Below, piece by piece: positions 1-12,993 of a stretch of 64,000 bases of DNA. The notes beneath the pieces are model-generated. The model ran no database searches and had not been told where the DNA came from. It saw only the letters and a list, made by a program, of their open reading frames with translations. The stretch comes from Chrysomallon squamiferum (lineage: Eukaryota > Animalia > Mollusca): positions 5,766,001 to 5,830,000 of the forward strand of contig CM022673.1 in assembly GCA_012295275.1 (NCBI GenBank), in the 5' to 3' direction. The first letter of the stretch is position 1; every line of letters begins with the position of its first letter. The translations under genes and the position numbers were made by a program.

Positions 1-3000
1 AATGGGACTATTTTCTTTCCCAGTAGTATGATCAATATCTCCACCACCATCACTGTCTTTGCACATTTTGCCTTCATTTCTAACATCAGTAAGATCGGTT
101 AAATATGTTTCTTTGGTTTTGTAATTTGCACTAAAATAAACAGATGATTTATTTTCTTGGTTTTGATTTATTGGCCTATCTTTAACCTTAGTACTTTTTC
201 CATTGTTGTAGTGTAAATTCAAATTTGTATTCTTATTCATAGACGTTATCCCATGTTTAGTATCGCCTTCAGTGGAAAACAAATTTTTACTGGCTTCCTC
301 AATACGTTCTGTTATTTCATTATCATTATTTTCTGGGGCAACATTATCACTTTCATTATTTTCAGAAGGATTATCATTATGTTTGTAATTTTCAGAAACT
401 TTATCATTATGTTCATTATTTTCAGAATTAGCTTCACTGAAAATTACTTGAGATGGCTCTACAGTTCTTGTTTCGGAAGACTTTCTATGCCTGTTTTTAG
501 ATAAAGAATTAATATTTATTGTGTTAGCCTGCCTTTTCAGTTGCCCTAATTTGTCAGTGTAATTTTCTTCCTCAAATGTACGAGTATCAGGGAAAAAGGC
601 ATGAGGTTTTTCAGTGGACCCCACTTTTGAACCTACATTAGTGGTGATGACATCTGCTGGTACTGAATGTGTGCTATTTAATCCACTATTAACAATCCAA
701 GGATGTTTATGAAACATATGAGTTGTAATCTCCTGCAGAGATTCAACTTGTATTGGAGATTTTGAGCACTTGTACTTATCTTTTGTACTATGATGTTTAA
801 AAATATGTGTACGTACACTGCTAACTGACAGAGCCATATAATCACAAAACCGACATTTATACTTTCTTAAACCACCAACTACTTTCTTGGTCACATCTTT
901 CTTTTTTCCCATTTCTGAAGAACTAGAAACTTTCACTGTCTTTCTATTTTTTGAATCAGTATCATCCAGTGTAATATTTTCTGGGTTTTTTCTTTTTTGT
1001 GTACTGCTTATTTTATCTGGTGAGGTACATGACCTTTCAAAGAAATTCTTGACTGCTTCAGCAATATCAACATCCAAATAGTCAATTTTCAGTTGCATCC
1101 CAGCATGATTAATTTTCATATGATCAGCAACATCTCTATCTGACAATGCTTTATAATCACAACAGGAACAGCCAACAAGATTAACATCAAGATGTGACAG
1201 AAGATGTCGATGAACTGAATATTTTGTACTCAGTTCATCTTTGCATATCAAGCAAACTAATTTCATCCTTCTATTCACTTCATAAAGACAGGTTAAGAAC
1301 ATGTCCATATCATCATTACCAAGTATCAGCTTCTTTTTCTTTGTATTTGGGTTATGAAGTAACAAAGCTTTAGTAGGTGAGGGACTACTGTTCACAAAGG
1401 CTTTAACTGAAGATTCAATGTCAACATTCAGAGGCAAGGCAACAGATATTTCACTGGGATGCTGGTCATACATATGCTGTAAAATTTCATTTTCCTCAAA
1501 ACCCTCAAACCAACACAAGCTACAACCAAACAATGCAATTTTCAAATGATTTTTCAATATATGCTTATTCATGAGAAATACAGAATTGCATTTGGTTTTG
1601 CAAACAAGACATTCAAAATACCAATCCAAGCACTTGTAAAAACATTTTAGTTTTTCATTCATTTTATTACTGGAAAGTGGACTATTGTCTAATGGAACTT
1701 CAATATTTAGTTTCTTTGAATTTTGTTTCTTGTTCTTGTATTCAGAAAGTTTGTAGAGGAAATTATTAACAGGTTCAACAACTCTTTTAGAAGAAGAGTG
1801 AATATTTTTAGCATGGTTGATCATCACATATCTTCTGTTGTCTTGAAAATCACAAATTTTACATTTCCAGAGATACAATTTTAGATGATCTAAAATGTGA
1901 TGATGAAGAAGTGTTTTCTTTGAGTACTTTTTAGAACATGTAGAACAGACAAATGCATGTCCTGCAGGTCTATAAAATGTTGCTAATTCTCTGTCAAGTT
2001 TTGGACAACCTATTTCCAGTCCATCTTTATTATGATTACTATCTTCTATACTTGGTAAAGGTGGATCAGAATATCTGGGATCTGGGTGATCATCCTGATG
2101 AAGTTTATTCTGAATTAAACATTCTGCTTCTGGAACTTCCTTGACAACAACTAATGGATGTTTTTTCCTTATATGCTTCAGGATATCAGATTTAAAATCT
2201 GCAGTGTAATAGCACTTGGGACAACTGATGGAAGTCTCATATACACTGACTGATGGTATAGTGAAAATTATCTTATCTTCATCTGACTGACTCTTTCTTG
2301 ATGTATCATTACTGGAACTACATACCTCTGATTTTTGGGGAACATGTCTTTTGTCTTTGCTGTTGGGCCTACCCATCTTTTTCTGTTTGGGTAAAAAATT
2401 CTTTCCTTCAGTGTCAGATTCAGTTGTAGAATGTGCTGCAACACGCAATGCAGGAGCTTTGGATGTTTTAATAACATGTCCTTTCAAATGTTCATCTAAA
2501 TCAGCAACACATGTTGTTTTAAATCTGCAATACGTACATTTGAGAACTTTGCTGACAATATGCTTCTCATGACCCTGCAGGCAACTCGCTTCATTTTCGT
2601 AAGGATGACCTGCCATCTTTATGTGCCTTAGCATCATTGTTCGTTGACTGGTTTGGAATTCTCCACATGTGCAATCATACAAATGATATGATACATTTTC
2701 TGTGTGGCATTCGGCATGATCTTCAAATTCTTTCAGTGTGTTAACTTGTAATGGACATGAAGGGCAGGCAAAGTTCAGACTATCTTCATCTGATAAAGGT
2801 TGTTTGTGGCAGGTAAAATGCTCATTTAACAAATTGGAATCACTTGCAACAAAATTGCAAATATGGCAACACAGTACATCTTCTGCAGTGCTTTCTCTGA
2901 ATTCCTGGGATTCATTTAGGTTCTGTTTTGAGTTTGTTGAATGTATTTCTTCAACATTTTGATTTGTTTCATTTTCAGCTGTGTTTATTTCAGTAGCAGT

Positions 3001-3851
3001 TTTTCCAGTCAAAATGAGGTTGTTTTGAAAAGGGTATCCATATATCTTTCTTTCTTTGCATAACAGATGTTTCAAGGCATTTAGTATCTTGCCTTTTCCA
3101 GGATGTTCAACTAAGATATGGGCCATGATGATTTTTTTCTCAGTATCCTTTGCTAAGCAATGTTTACAACTGACCACAGTCAATAAGTTGTCTTTTAAGT
3201 GTTGTGCAATATCTTCTGCTGTTGGATAACTTTGCTCACAATTCGAACATGTGTATGAAATTTCATCTGCATGAGCTTGACAACAATGAGAATAAAAAGT
3301 ACTAAGAACATTGGTAGTGAATTTACAGTTTGTAAAGCTGCATACAAATACTGCATTAACTGCAATGGAAACTGTAGATTTATGACAAGCAGCATGTTTG
3401 TGCACATGTCTCATTAGCACTTCCACTGATTCCCCAACAAAACCACAATGAAAACATGGAAATGTATTGCGATTCCTGAACTTACAAGCAGATAAATGTT
3501 GTTTAAAATCTCCTGGGAACAGACAAGAAAAAGAACAATTGCTCCCACAGACATAAAAATGATATGTTGGTGTTTTAAGCAGACTCTCTAATTTGTTATG
3601 TTTGGAATGAATGGAATTGGTAAAGTGTACATTTTGCACATCTGTAATAGTGCTGTTACAATTCTTGCCTTTATCTTCACTGATTGACTCAGTTTCTGAT
3701 GTTAACTGTAGGTTATCAATTTGTGAGTCTGAAGGACACTGTGTTTCCATTTTCTGTTCTTCCTCACATGAAACTTTTTCACTGCTAACAATTTTTTCAA
3801 ATTCTTCAATATTAAGAGTCTTGCATTCTAGAATCTTCAAGCCTATGACAT
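1..3851 (-). CDS. Large multi-C2H2 zinc-finger protein, giant coding exon (continues beyond window start; 3' end not in window)
   Basis: Acceptor ...ttcctag|ATGTCATAGGC at 3852/3851 joins in phase 1 to the upstream exon (..SAP-D-VIGLKILECK..). The frame was spot-checked at several points and is consistent down to position 1 (>1280 codons). The ORF track misses it, as expected if there is no stop in the window. Many fingers are visible, e.g. FPCFHCGFVGESVEVLMRHVHKH, VSCKHCLAKDTEKKIIMAHILVEH, FVCSTCSKKYSKKTLLHHHILDH, YKCRFCDYMALSVSSVRTHIFKH. Confidence 0.9.
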
Positions 3852-4054
3852 CTAGGAATCAGAAACAAACAAAAATCAGAAAATAATATAAATACAACAA
3901 TATGTTTGGTATATATTCTACATAAATAAACAAACAATAATATAAAAAAAATGTTATACTGAATATTAAAAATAATTAAATAAACAGCTGTCAACATAAG
4001 TGCTTAACAAATTTTTAAAAAATTACAAACATAATTGTTATTATATACACTTAC

Positions 4055-6149
4055 CTGGTGCAGACTCAACTGAACCATTGTGAGAAATTACGTTTTTGTC
4101 ATTACTGACTGCAGTTTTGTTTGTAGCACACTTTTCACTGTTACATGGAAGATGGGTAGATGCAAATTCTGAACATTCTTTGCCAGTATTTGTATCTGAA
4201 GGCAAGCAGGTTTTTATTAGATTATCCATGAGTGCATCATGACTGCTTTTCAGCATTATTCCATGCAGTTTATTGATGAAGTAATCTGTCCATGTACAGG
4301 TCAGTTCCCCAGCTGGTCCATTGGTACGAACACACCTGTTACACAAAATTCCACCAATATGCTGATGGTTCCACAAATGAAACCAAAAGAGATCTTTCTT
4401 TTTCCACTTAAGACGACATTTTCCACAAAAATATTCATTATTTACTTTAGCTATGAAAATGTCAGTTTTCTTCATCTCATTGCCATCTCTCTGTTTGAAT
4501 ACAATGCCATCAACTGACTTTGGGAGATCCTCAAAAATATACGAATTTTCAGTTTCTGCCTTTTGTGAATTACTATTTTCATCACTGGACCGGTTATTAA
4601 CATTTGTCATTGTTTGATTTGATGATATGTTTTGAGTGACAGAATTTCCTGGCTGCTGAGTGTTTTGCACCACATAGAGTTGTGAGCATGATGTTTGAGC
4701 AGGAATAGCAAAACTTCTTTGTATAGTCACAGGTCCACAGTTTTGTTGAACAGGAGATCCCTGATCCAGTGTGATTGGTGAAACAGGTACATAAACATAA
4801 GGTGTCCCTGGTTCTGCTGCTTTGATCAACCTGACAGGCGATACAGATGTACACACAGGGGTGGCTACAGGAGACATGTGACTGGCAAAAACAATTTGTG
4901 GCAAGACTACATTATTGTATTTAACTGTATGCTGTAGTGGTGAAGTTGTTGATGCAAAGGAATGATTCTGATCATTAATTGTTCTGTGGATTTCATTTCT
5001 GGATAATGAAAATGTATTTTGGAATGTGCTACTTTTTATCTGTGAGGTAACATTCAGAGACTCCGGCATTCTTTTTTGTACATCAGTCATTGCAGCTCTT
5101 GAATCATTCTGATTTAGTAACATCTCTTTCTTTTCATCAGCATTTAATGTCTTACCAGGTTCAACAGACTGACCATTATCCTGAGCTGATGTATCATTAG
5201 CTCTGTTTGGTTTGTTCTTAGTAACACCCACTTTGGATTTCTTTTCTCTGATAGCTGGCTCAACAGATTCCTTTCTCTGGTTATAATGACAAGAAGAAAA
5301 TTCATTTGAAAGAACATTTGTTTTTAAATCTGATCCTTTGTCATGTATTTTTTCAGGATCCTTTTCTGAAATGGTTTTTGACGGCTGTTCTGAAGCTTTA
5401 TCATGTTTTACTGATGATGTATTTATAGATGGTGCACAATTCTCTGTCTCCAAAACTGTGTGATTTTCAGGCATGTTGATTTTCTCTTTTAAATCAGAAT
5501 GGGATAATTTTGTATCATGTAAATTTTTATCAGTCATGTTTGGATTTACAGATTTGATGCCACTCTGCCTGGAATTGGAACTTTCTTTATTTACATCCAC
5601 AGACAACAAACTGCTGTCAGCATTATTTAAACTAAGACTTTCACTCTTTAGTTCTGCATCTGTTTCCTGAGTATCTATGTTTCTGGGTTTCAGCATTCTG
5701 TATTTGCATGCTTTATCATCATTCTCCATTGAGGCAAAATAACTTTCATGTTTTGATTCTGATACAACATGTCTAAATCCAGATCTGAAACTAATGTAAC
5801 CTTTTTGTTTTGCTTCATTTAACATTACAACAGCACGCTTAATGCTTCTTAAAGCTGTTTTTTTTTCATTTCCAGGATGTTTTTTCTGTATATGAGCACC
5901 AATTTCACTCCTTTGTGAAAAAAAATGTGAACAGTGCAGACACATGTATGGCTGCCGCAGTAAATGTTTGATCAAGTGTTCTTGAAATTTTGGTCCATTT
6001 CCTGATTTGTTACAAAACTGGCAGGTGAATGTTTTATTGGCATATGTAATTGTAATAGTTTCAAATGGTTTGTCATTATATGTACTCTCAGTATTGGATG
6101 TAACATTTGGATGCAAATGAGCATTGTCATTATTTTTAATACTGGTCAT
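4055..6149 (-). CDS. Large multi-C2H2 zinc-finger protein, first coding exon
   Basis: ORF 4041..6149 contains FTCQFCNKSGNGPKFQEHLIKH, YMCLHCSHFFSQRSEIGAHIQKKH and YFCGKCRLKWKKKDLFWFHLWNH. Donor CCAG|gtaagt at 4055/4054 gives a 203-nt intron (3852-4054). Acceptor ttttcag| at 6171/6170 lies 21 nt before the ATG. Confidence 0.9.
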
Positions 6150-7610
6150 TTGTTCTCGATAAAGGATTATCTGAAAATATAAAATATAAAGTCAGTTTAG
6201 AATATGACTCTTTTTTTTCCCTTTTTAAAAAATATTTATTGATTTAAATTAAAAAAAAAAAAAAATTCAAATCTAAGTTTGTTTTCAACAACTGATAATA
6301 AATTGCATTTAAATATTCATATTAATCAAAGGTTAATAATTTAATCATTTAAAATAATAATAATAATAAATTAATAAATATAAAAAAATAATAATAATGT
6401 TAAAAAAAAAAAAATAATTAGTTGACAACCATTTTTCACCCCATATCTTGTATGTATCACTGAACAATATAATATTGTCATAAACCTGAAGCATACATTA
6501 AAACTGGATTTTATTGCAAAAGAATGTTTCAATGAATCTGAAGAAATATGCATAGTTATTGAACAAAACCAATAATCACTTCAAACACATCTTAAGAACA
6601 AAACCTCACACACCAAATAATGAAATAAGAAATAACATTTGAAGGTTTCTTGGTAATGTGCTAATTTTATCAATCATTACAGTTAACCAATATTATGTAA
6701 TTCTCTACTTCAAATTGCAATTTAATTTACTGAAAGATTAGATTTAAAATATGACAAGCACAAAACAAAAAAACAATTTCAGTCACATATGAACCTTTCA
6801 TTTTGGAAGTCATAATCAGGACAATGTTTGGAACTATTAACATTTTATGATACTGACTATATTAACTGAATATTATAAACTGATATTTAAGTTATGATCA
6901 GTGCTATTTTAACTTTAGTCTGCCAAGAGATAGAATGTTTGTTTTTAAACCTGATCATTATCAAGATGTCCACTGGTTAGAAAACTGATTACATGGTTAT
7001 TAATATTGCTGGTTATGTCCATCCTTTTCAAAGAGAGATTTTATTTAATATTTTTTCTCATGTCATTTGATTTTTTTTTTTTTTTTTAAATGAATGCTAT
7101 TATATTAATTATTTGTTTTAATTTTACAAGATTTATTTGTTTATTTATTCACTTATTTTTATCTATTTTTTTTAATTTTCATATGACTGAACTAAAGTAA
7201 GGAAAAAAATATTTGTACGCAGACGTCATTACTAATATTAACAAACATGACGTCATATTTTAAAATAAATGGCCATTAAAAGTCTGAAACGTCCTATAAA
7301 TTTAATGATTTCATTAAAGATTATCGATAAAATCATATATGCACCATTGATATAAATCTTCACTATATTTTAATACTAAGACAATAAAGAAGAAAAAAAG
7401 AAAGAAAGAGAATAGAAAAAAATAACAATAAATTAATTAGTCTGAGATGATTCATCCAAATCTCAAGTGGGATGATACATGTAACATAGTTACATAATCA
7501 TAGTAACATACGTAACAGAACTTGCGAATCTGTAACATTCGTTTAAAATCATAGTTCTGTTTTTACGTTAACAATTTAAGAAAATGCAATAAACATCGCC
7601 GAAACATTAC

Positions 7611-7690
7611 CTCACAAAATATCTGCCATTAGATACAACGCAAGAGACAACAAACACTCTTTCAACCGCCATCTCTGTCTTGGAATGTCG
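7611..7690 (-). other. Probable non-coding first exon (5' UTR) of the zinc-finger gene
   Basis: Donor GAG|gtaatg at 7611/7610 lies in a CpG-rich patch. A YY1-like GATGGCGG motif sits near the 5' end. Its ATGs are out of frame with the main ORF or stop quickly. The 5' boundary is approximate. Confidence 0.55.
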
Positions 7691-7945
7691 CGCTTTTTTT
7701 GTTCAACCTTATTTATATCCCTGGTTAATCACGTGATTAAATCGTCAGACATCACATGCGCATTAATCAGTTTTATAAATAAAATGTACTTCGTCAGCGA
7801 GCTATGGTGGGAAAAAGAAGACGAAAGAATCCGGTCTAAAGGTGTTTATTTGTGTCAAGACTGCCAGTTCACGTATTGTACATGTAGATCAACATAGCTG
7901 AATTGCTTTGAGTATAAAGGGCGAACAAAATGGCCGCAAAAGGAA
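7660..7945. promoter_or_regulatory. CpG-rich promoter region, possibly bidirectional
   Basis: Local CpG enrichment against CpG-poor flanks. A perfect 16-bp palindrome TTAATCACGTGATTAA (7725-7740) contains an E-box. Divergently oriented YY1-like motifs: GATGGCGG (minus, ~7666-7673) and AAAATGGCCG (plus, ~7927-7936). Confidence 0.55.
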
Positions 7946-8263
7946 TATTTTCAATATTACCCATGAAAAGTGTTTTCTTTTTCTTTGTTTTCAGTTCTTT
8001 TTAGAATAAATATTTAAATAAATATCATGGTGTGTGTGAATATCATAATAAACATTATCATGATAAGAAGGTAGTTAAGCAGTATCAAGAGTTTGTGTAA
8101 ACATTTGTTTTGTTTTTTTGTAATCTTGTTGCATTAAACTGGTTTTTACCTGAACAGGGTTTATAACCAAGCGATAAGTTGTGATCGTATTGATTATTGT
8201 ACAAGCGGCTGTATTTTACTGAGTTAAAAGTTAAACGTCTAGTGTATTAACTAGTTATTTTAT

Positions 8264-8360
<97 letters not shown>

Positions 8361-8394
8361 ATTAATAATAATAACATTAACAGCTGGCATAAAC

Positions 8395-8428
<34 letters not shown>

Positions 8429-11400
8429 TTTTTTTTTATATATACTAATGCTGTTTGTGGGGTGGTGCATAATTATAATCAGAAAGGTACAGCCATGGAC
8501 AGCTGGCAGTGGGTTTCTGCTCATTATCAGAATTGGCCTGACCCATACTTCCATATGATAATGATGACTTATTATTATTATTATAGTATCAATTCTAATT
8601 TCACAAACTGAAGAAAGATGGTATCAGTGAACTTTATTTTACATGGCATTTCACTGTGCTAATTTTTTTTTAATAATTACTGAAGGTGTGGATTTTGTAT
8701 CCAAATGTATATTCACGACACATACACAGAGATATATATCATTTTTCAAAATGACATTGACTGGTATATATTATGCAAATTAATCACTAGACTGAATTTT
8801 GCTCACTCTTTAATTAATTATTATTATTATTATTATTATTATTATTGTTAATTATTTATTTATATTAAATTGTTCAGTGGATTTATACAGATCATTGAAT
8901 ATAAAATGTAAATAAATTATACAACAGTAATTGACAAATATTTATTATTGCTATTATAATTTATAGGTTTGTACATTCAGAAATATTCAAATGTAATAAC
9001 AGCTGGCATCCAGTTTTTTACTGGAATATTTATCTTCAATACCATTTAAAATACATATTATTTATAACATTATCTTTGTAACATGTATGTCTTTGTATGC
9101 TTATCTGTATGTATGCATGTATGTATATTTATATATAACTGTTTCATATATCTGCGTGTATGCATAAATGTGTTATATACACACATTAAAAAAAGATTTA
9201 AAAAAAATGTTTAAATGGATGAACTACAAAACTGCTTTATCACAGAGCTGTACAAAAACTAAGATAGCTAAAATGGTTTTTAGAATTATACTGTATGGTT
9301 TTTGGAGAAAATAACTAATAATATTTGTTATAATTCCTGATAAATATCTTTGTACTTGATTTAAAATACTGGAAATTGAAAGTTTGTTTAAAAGTTATTT
9401 TCTATTTCATTAACTCAGAATTCAGACATGACATACAGGGAATCCAAAACTTTGTCTGGCTTTTTTTTATTTTTTATCCAGACTATTTTTTATATTTTTT
9501 TCATACATTACAGCTGTTTCTTTTAATATTTTTCCCTGTAATCTTTGCATTTGGCAAGTAAATTATATACCATTTCACAAATCATTTCTATAGTTTTTTC
9601 AGGTTTGTGAAAATATTCTTTGTCAAATTTTGATGACATTTGTGTGCTTTGCTAAAAATACTGCAAAAAATACATGACAAACTGAATTTTTGTTCTTCTA
9701 GTCACATGTTGTACATTTATCCTATTTGAGAACTTACATTTAAAATTTAAAAAGTTAAATTATAGTGTAACAAAAACTACTATTTGTATCAAATTATCAT
9801 GGATATTAGTATATATTTATGAATTAAATGTCTGATGGCTGAATATTTGTATGGTTTTATCCTTCAAATGCTGAAATCATTTTCAAAATTTGTTTTCTTT
9901 AAATGTTAAAAAATTAACAAAGAATGAATGAATGAATGAATATATAAATAAATCATAGTTTAACTTACAACTGAAAGAGAACTGAAACAATCTAGAAAAT
10001 CATTGACATTGCCAAACATAAGGTATCTGCTAAAATCTGTTGCAAGAAATCTCTCAGAAAAATTATTAATCTCTTTGTAATGAAAGATTTATCTTTATAA
10101 CAAATGCTCAGTACCCTAATATTTTAAAATCTTACAATGATAACTTAAATAAGTTTATAAACCAGGCTTAATATGATCTTTTTTGTGGATGTCAAAATCT
10201 TGACTGTGGTCATTGATCTCATATACTGTTAATAAGATAACCAGAGATAAAGAACAAACACCATCTTGTCCATGTCAGTGTATTTCATAAATATATTTGA
10301 GCATTTTTATTCTTTTTAAGACACAAAATATGTAGCATATATTTATTTACACATCTGTGAACATCAAGCTATTTGACTGATAATAATGTTTTTCTCTGCT
10401 TCAAATTTCTGTATAGATTTAATTCATTTTTTATATTTCATTTGAAATCACAAATTACCATACATCAGAATGTAAAATATATCTAATAAAATAATAATTA
10501 TTATTTGTTATCATCAAATGTCTTTGAACAAAATATTTTCTATATTGTTATTTAAACAATTGTGTATTTATGAACAGTAATGCCATTAAGGTCATTCAGC
10601 ATCCATCTGAATATTCCCTTTTTGAGTTTTGCAAATGGCTAGTTTTTTTTGTGTGTGTGTGTTCTTTATTTATACAGTTTGAAAAATAAAGGTTTGCCAC
10701 ATATAAACCATGCACATATACATTTAAAAATATACAAAGCTCAAATACTTTTGTTAGGAACAAGTTAAAGTGGTAAAAATGTTGAAACTAATACAAACAA
10801 AAACAAAGTTGTAGTTAATATTAATGTGACCTTTATTTCTTTCTCCATTTTTTATCAAATATTGTAAACTGTTTATGGAGACCTTCAAATTTATAAAAGA
10901 TGCAAAATTTACTTAGATATTATAGCACTTTCTTATGGGTTCAGTGAAAGTGAAATGACAAAATCTTACAGAAGGCAATTTCATCTTTGGTCATCCTAGA
11001 ACAATACTGACCAACATTTGCAAAAAGATAAAAGAAAGAAATACAAGCTGCAATAATTTTAAATGACAGTATCATTGAATCTGAATTTCTGTACAAAAAA
11101 TAAATTTAAACAAACATGGAATTTGATTTTTTTCATGTTTAACAATTGTCCAGAAAAGTGGAGATATCCTAACAATTTGTAGGTTTTCACTTGCCAATGG
11201 ATTTTCAAAAATATACGCACACAACAGAGATTATGTAACATTCATAAAAATATACAAACTTTAATAAAAATAAAATTTTGTTCATATGAAAATATTGACA
11301 GTTGTCACATTAACTACCCAGTTTCAAAGAAAAATCTATTATTAATAATTATTTTTTTCACAACCAGTGAAATCATGTTCTTATGATGGAATATCATATA

Positions 11401-12645
11401 TTTACTCTCGGGTAACTGTTGGTGGTGTGCTCCTTATGAACAATGGCTGATATCTTCTTATAATTTCAGTTTCTATTTTCATGATTACACTCTTTAGCAT
11501 GGAGAAAAATTAGGATAATTAGTAACAAAATAAAGAAGAAGAAAAAAGGGTTTTTAGTATATTAACAGTAGCTATTTTTTTTTTCTTAGTATTAACATAA
11601 TGTATTTATGAACTTGTTTGCAAACAATATTACTTGATCACAAAACGAGATGTAACTTGAAGAAGTAATAAAATCAGAATGTAAAGTTTCCTCCATGTTA
11701 TTTTGTAATGATTAGTTCCAAAATATTTTTATGATTAAAGAATACAGTAAATTATGAATGAATTACATGGATCCGATTAGTAGAATTATGGCACAAAATA
11801 AAAATAACAATCTCATACATACAGACAAATTATTTATGTTATTTACAACACCCACAGTGAGAAAAACAATATTTACAAAAATAAATACATGGGCTGATCC
11901 AGAAATAAGCAGATGGAATTGACATGTTTGTGTATGTTGGATTCCTTCAACAATAAAATAATAATAATAATAAAATACATTTCACTTTAACTCAGTAGTT
12001 AAAACTATTTTTCATATGTTTGAGATGTCATTACTGAAATACATTTTGCAAACTAACAGAATATAATGAAGAAAAAAACCCTGCATATTTTCTGTCCCAT
12101 GTAAATATTTCTGTGAGGAAAAAAGAAAAGAAAAAGAAACATAAAAAAAAACAAGCAATAGAAAATAGTAAATATTAAATTCTAAATGGGAGTTTTCATT
12201 ATGCAGCAGAATGGTTCAGTGTTTTGTACATTTGTTGCATACAGTTTAATACCATCTGAATAACATTATAAAATTTAAAAAAAACACAACCCCCCAAAAA
12301 AAATATATAAGATGCAACTGTTTCAAAACATTAGCCAGTACATGAAAGCTCAAAATGCAAAAATGATCTGTCATCTGATACAAAAATCATTTGAATGCAC
12401 TGTTGTGACTGAATGACAGAAATGTATATGACAAGTTTCTGTCATGTGTTACATAATGAAAATCTCCCTTAAAATGGAATATTTTAACTGCAATATTTCA
12501 AAAGCAGAAAATTATGACAATGAAAAGAATTAAAAAAAAAAAAAATAAAAATGAAAAAAAAAAAAAAATAATAATAATAATGATAATAATAAATTTTAAA
12601 AAAAAAAGAAAAAAAAAAAAAAAATGTAGATCACATCATTTTCTT

Positions 12646-12942
12646 TTAGGTGTCGAATCTTTCATAAGGAGGCTCATCCTTGACCAGGCCTGAAAATAGA
12701 ACAGTTTAATAAATTTGATTGTTTCTTTGATTTTTATTATAATTATTAGAGAAATGATCTCATTTAAGATATAGAGAATTTGATAAATATAAGCTACACC
12801 TACATACACTTTATAAAAATAAGTCAAAACAAAATAAAATAAAATAAATAAATAAAAATTCAAATTTGGGTATGAAATTAATAAACAAAATCTACATATA
12901 CATACTGCATAAATAAGAACAACAATAATTATAAATAAACAA

Positions 12943-12993
<51 letters not shown>

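Noticed and set aside
7930-8004. 24-codon ORF MAAKGIFSILPMK... at the divergent promoter
   Set aside because: The ATG is part of a YY1-like motif; the ORF is very short with no convincing downstream coding exons.
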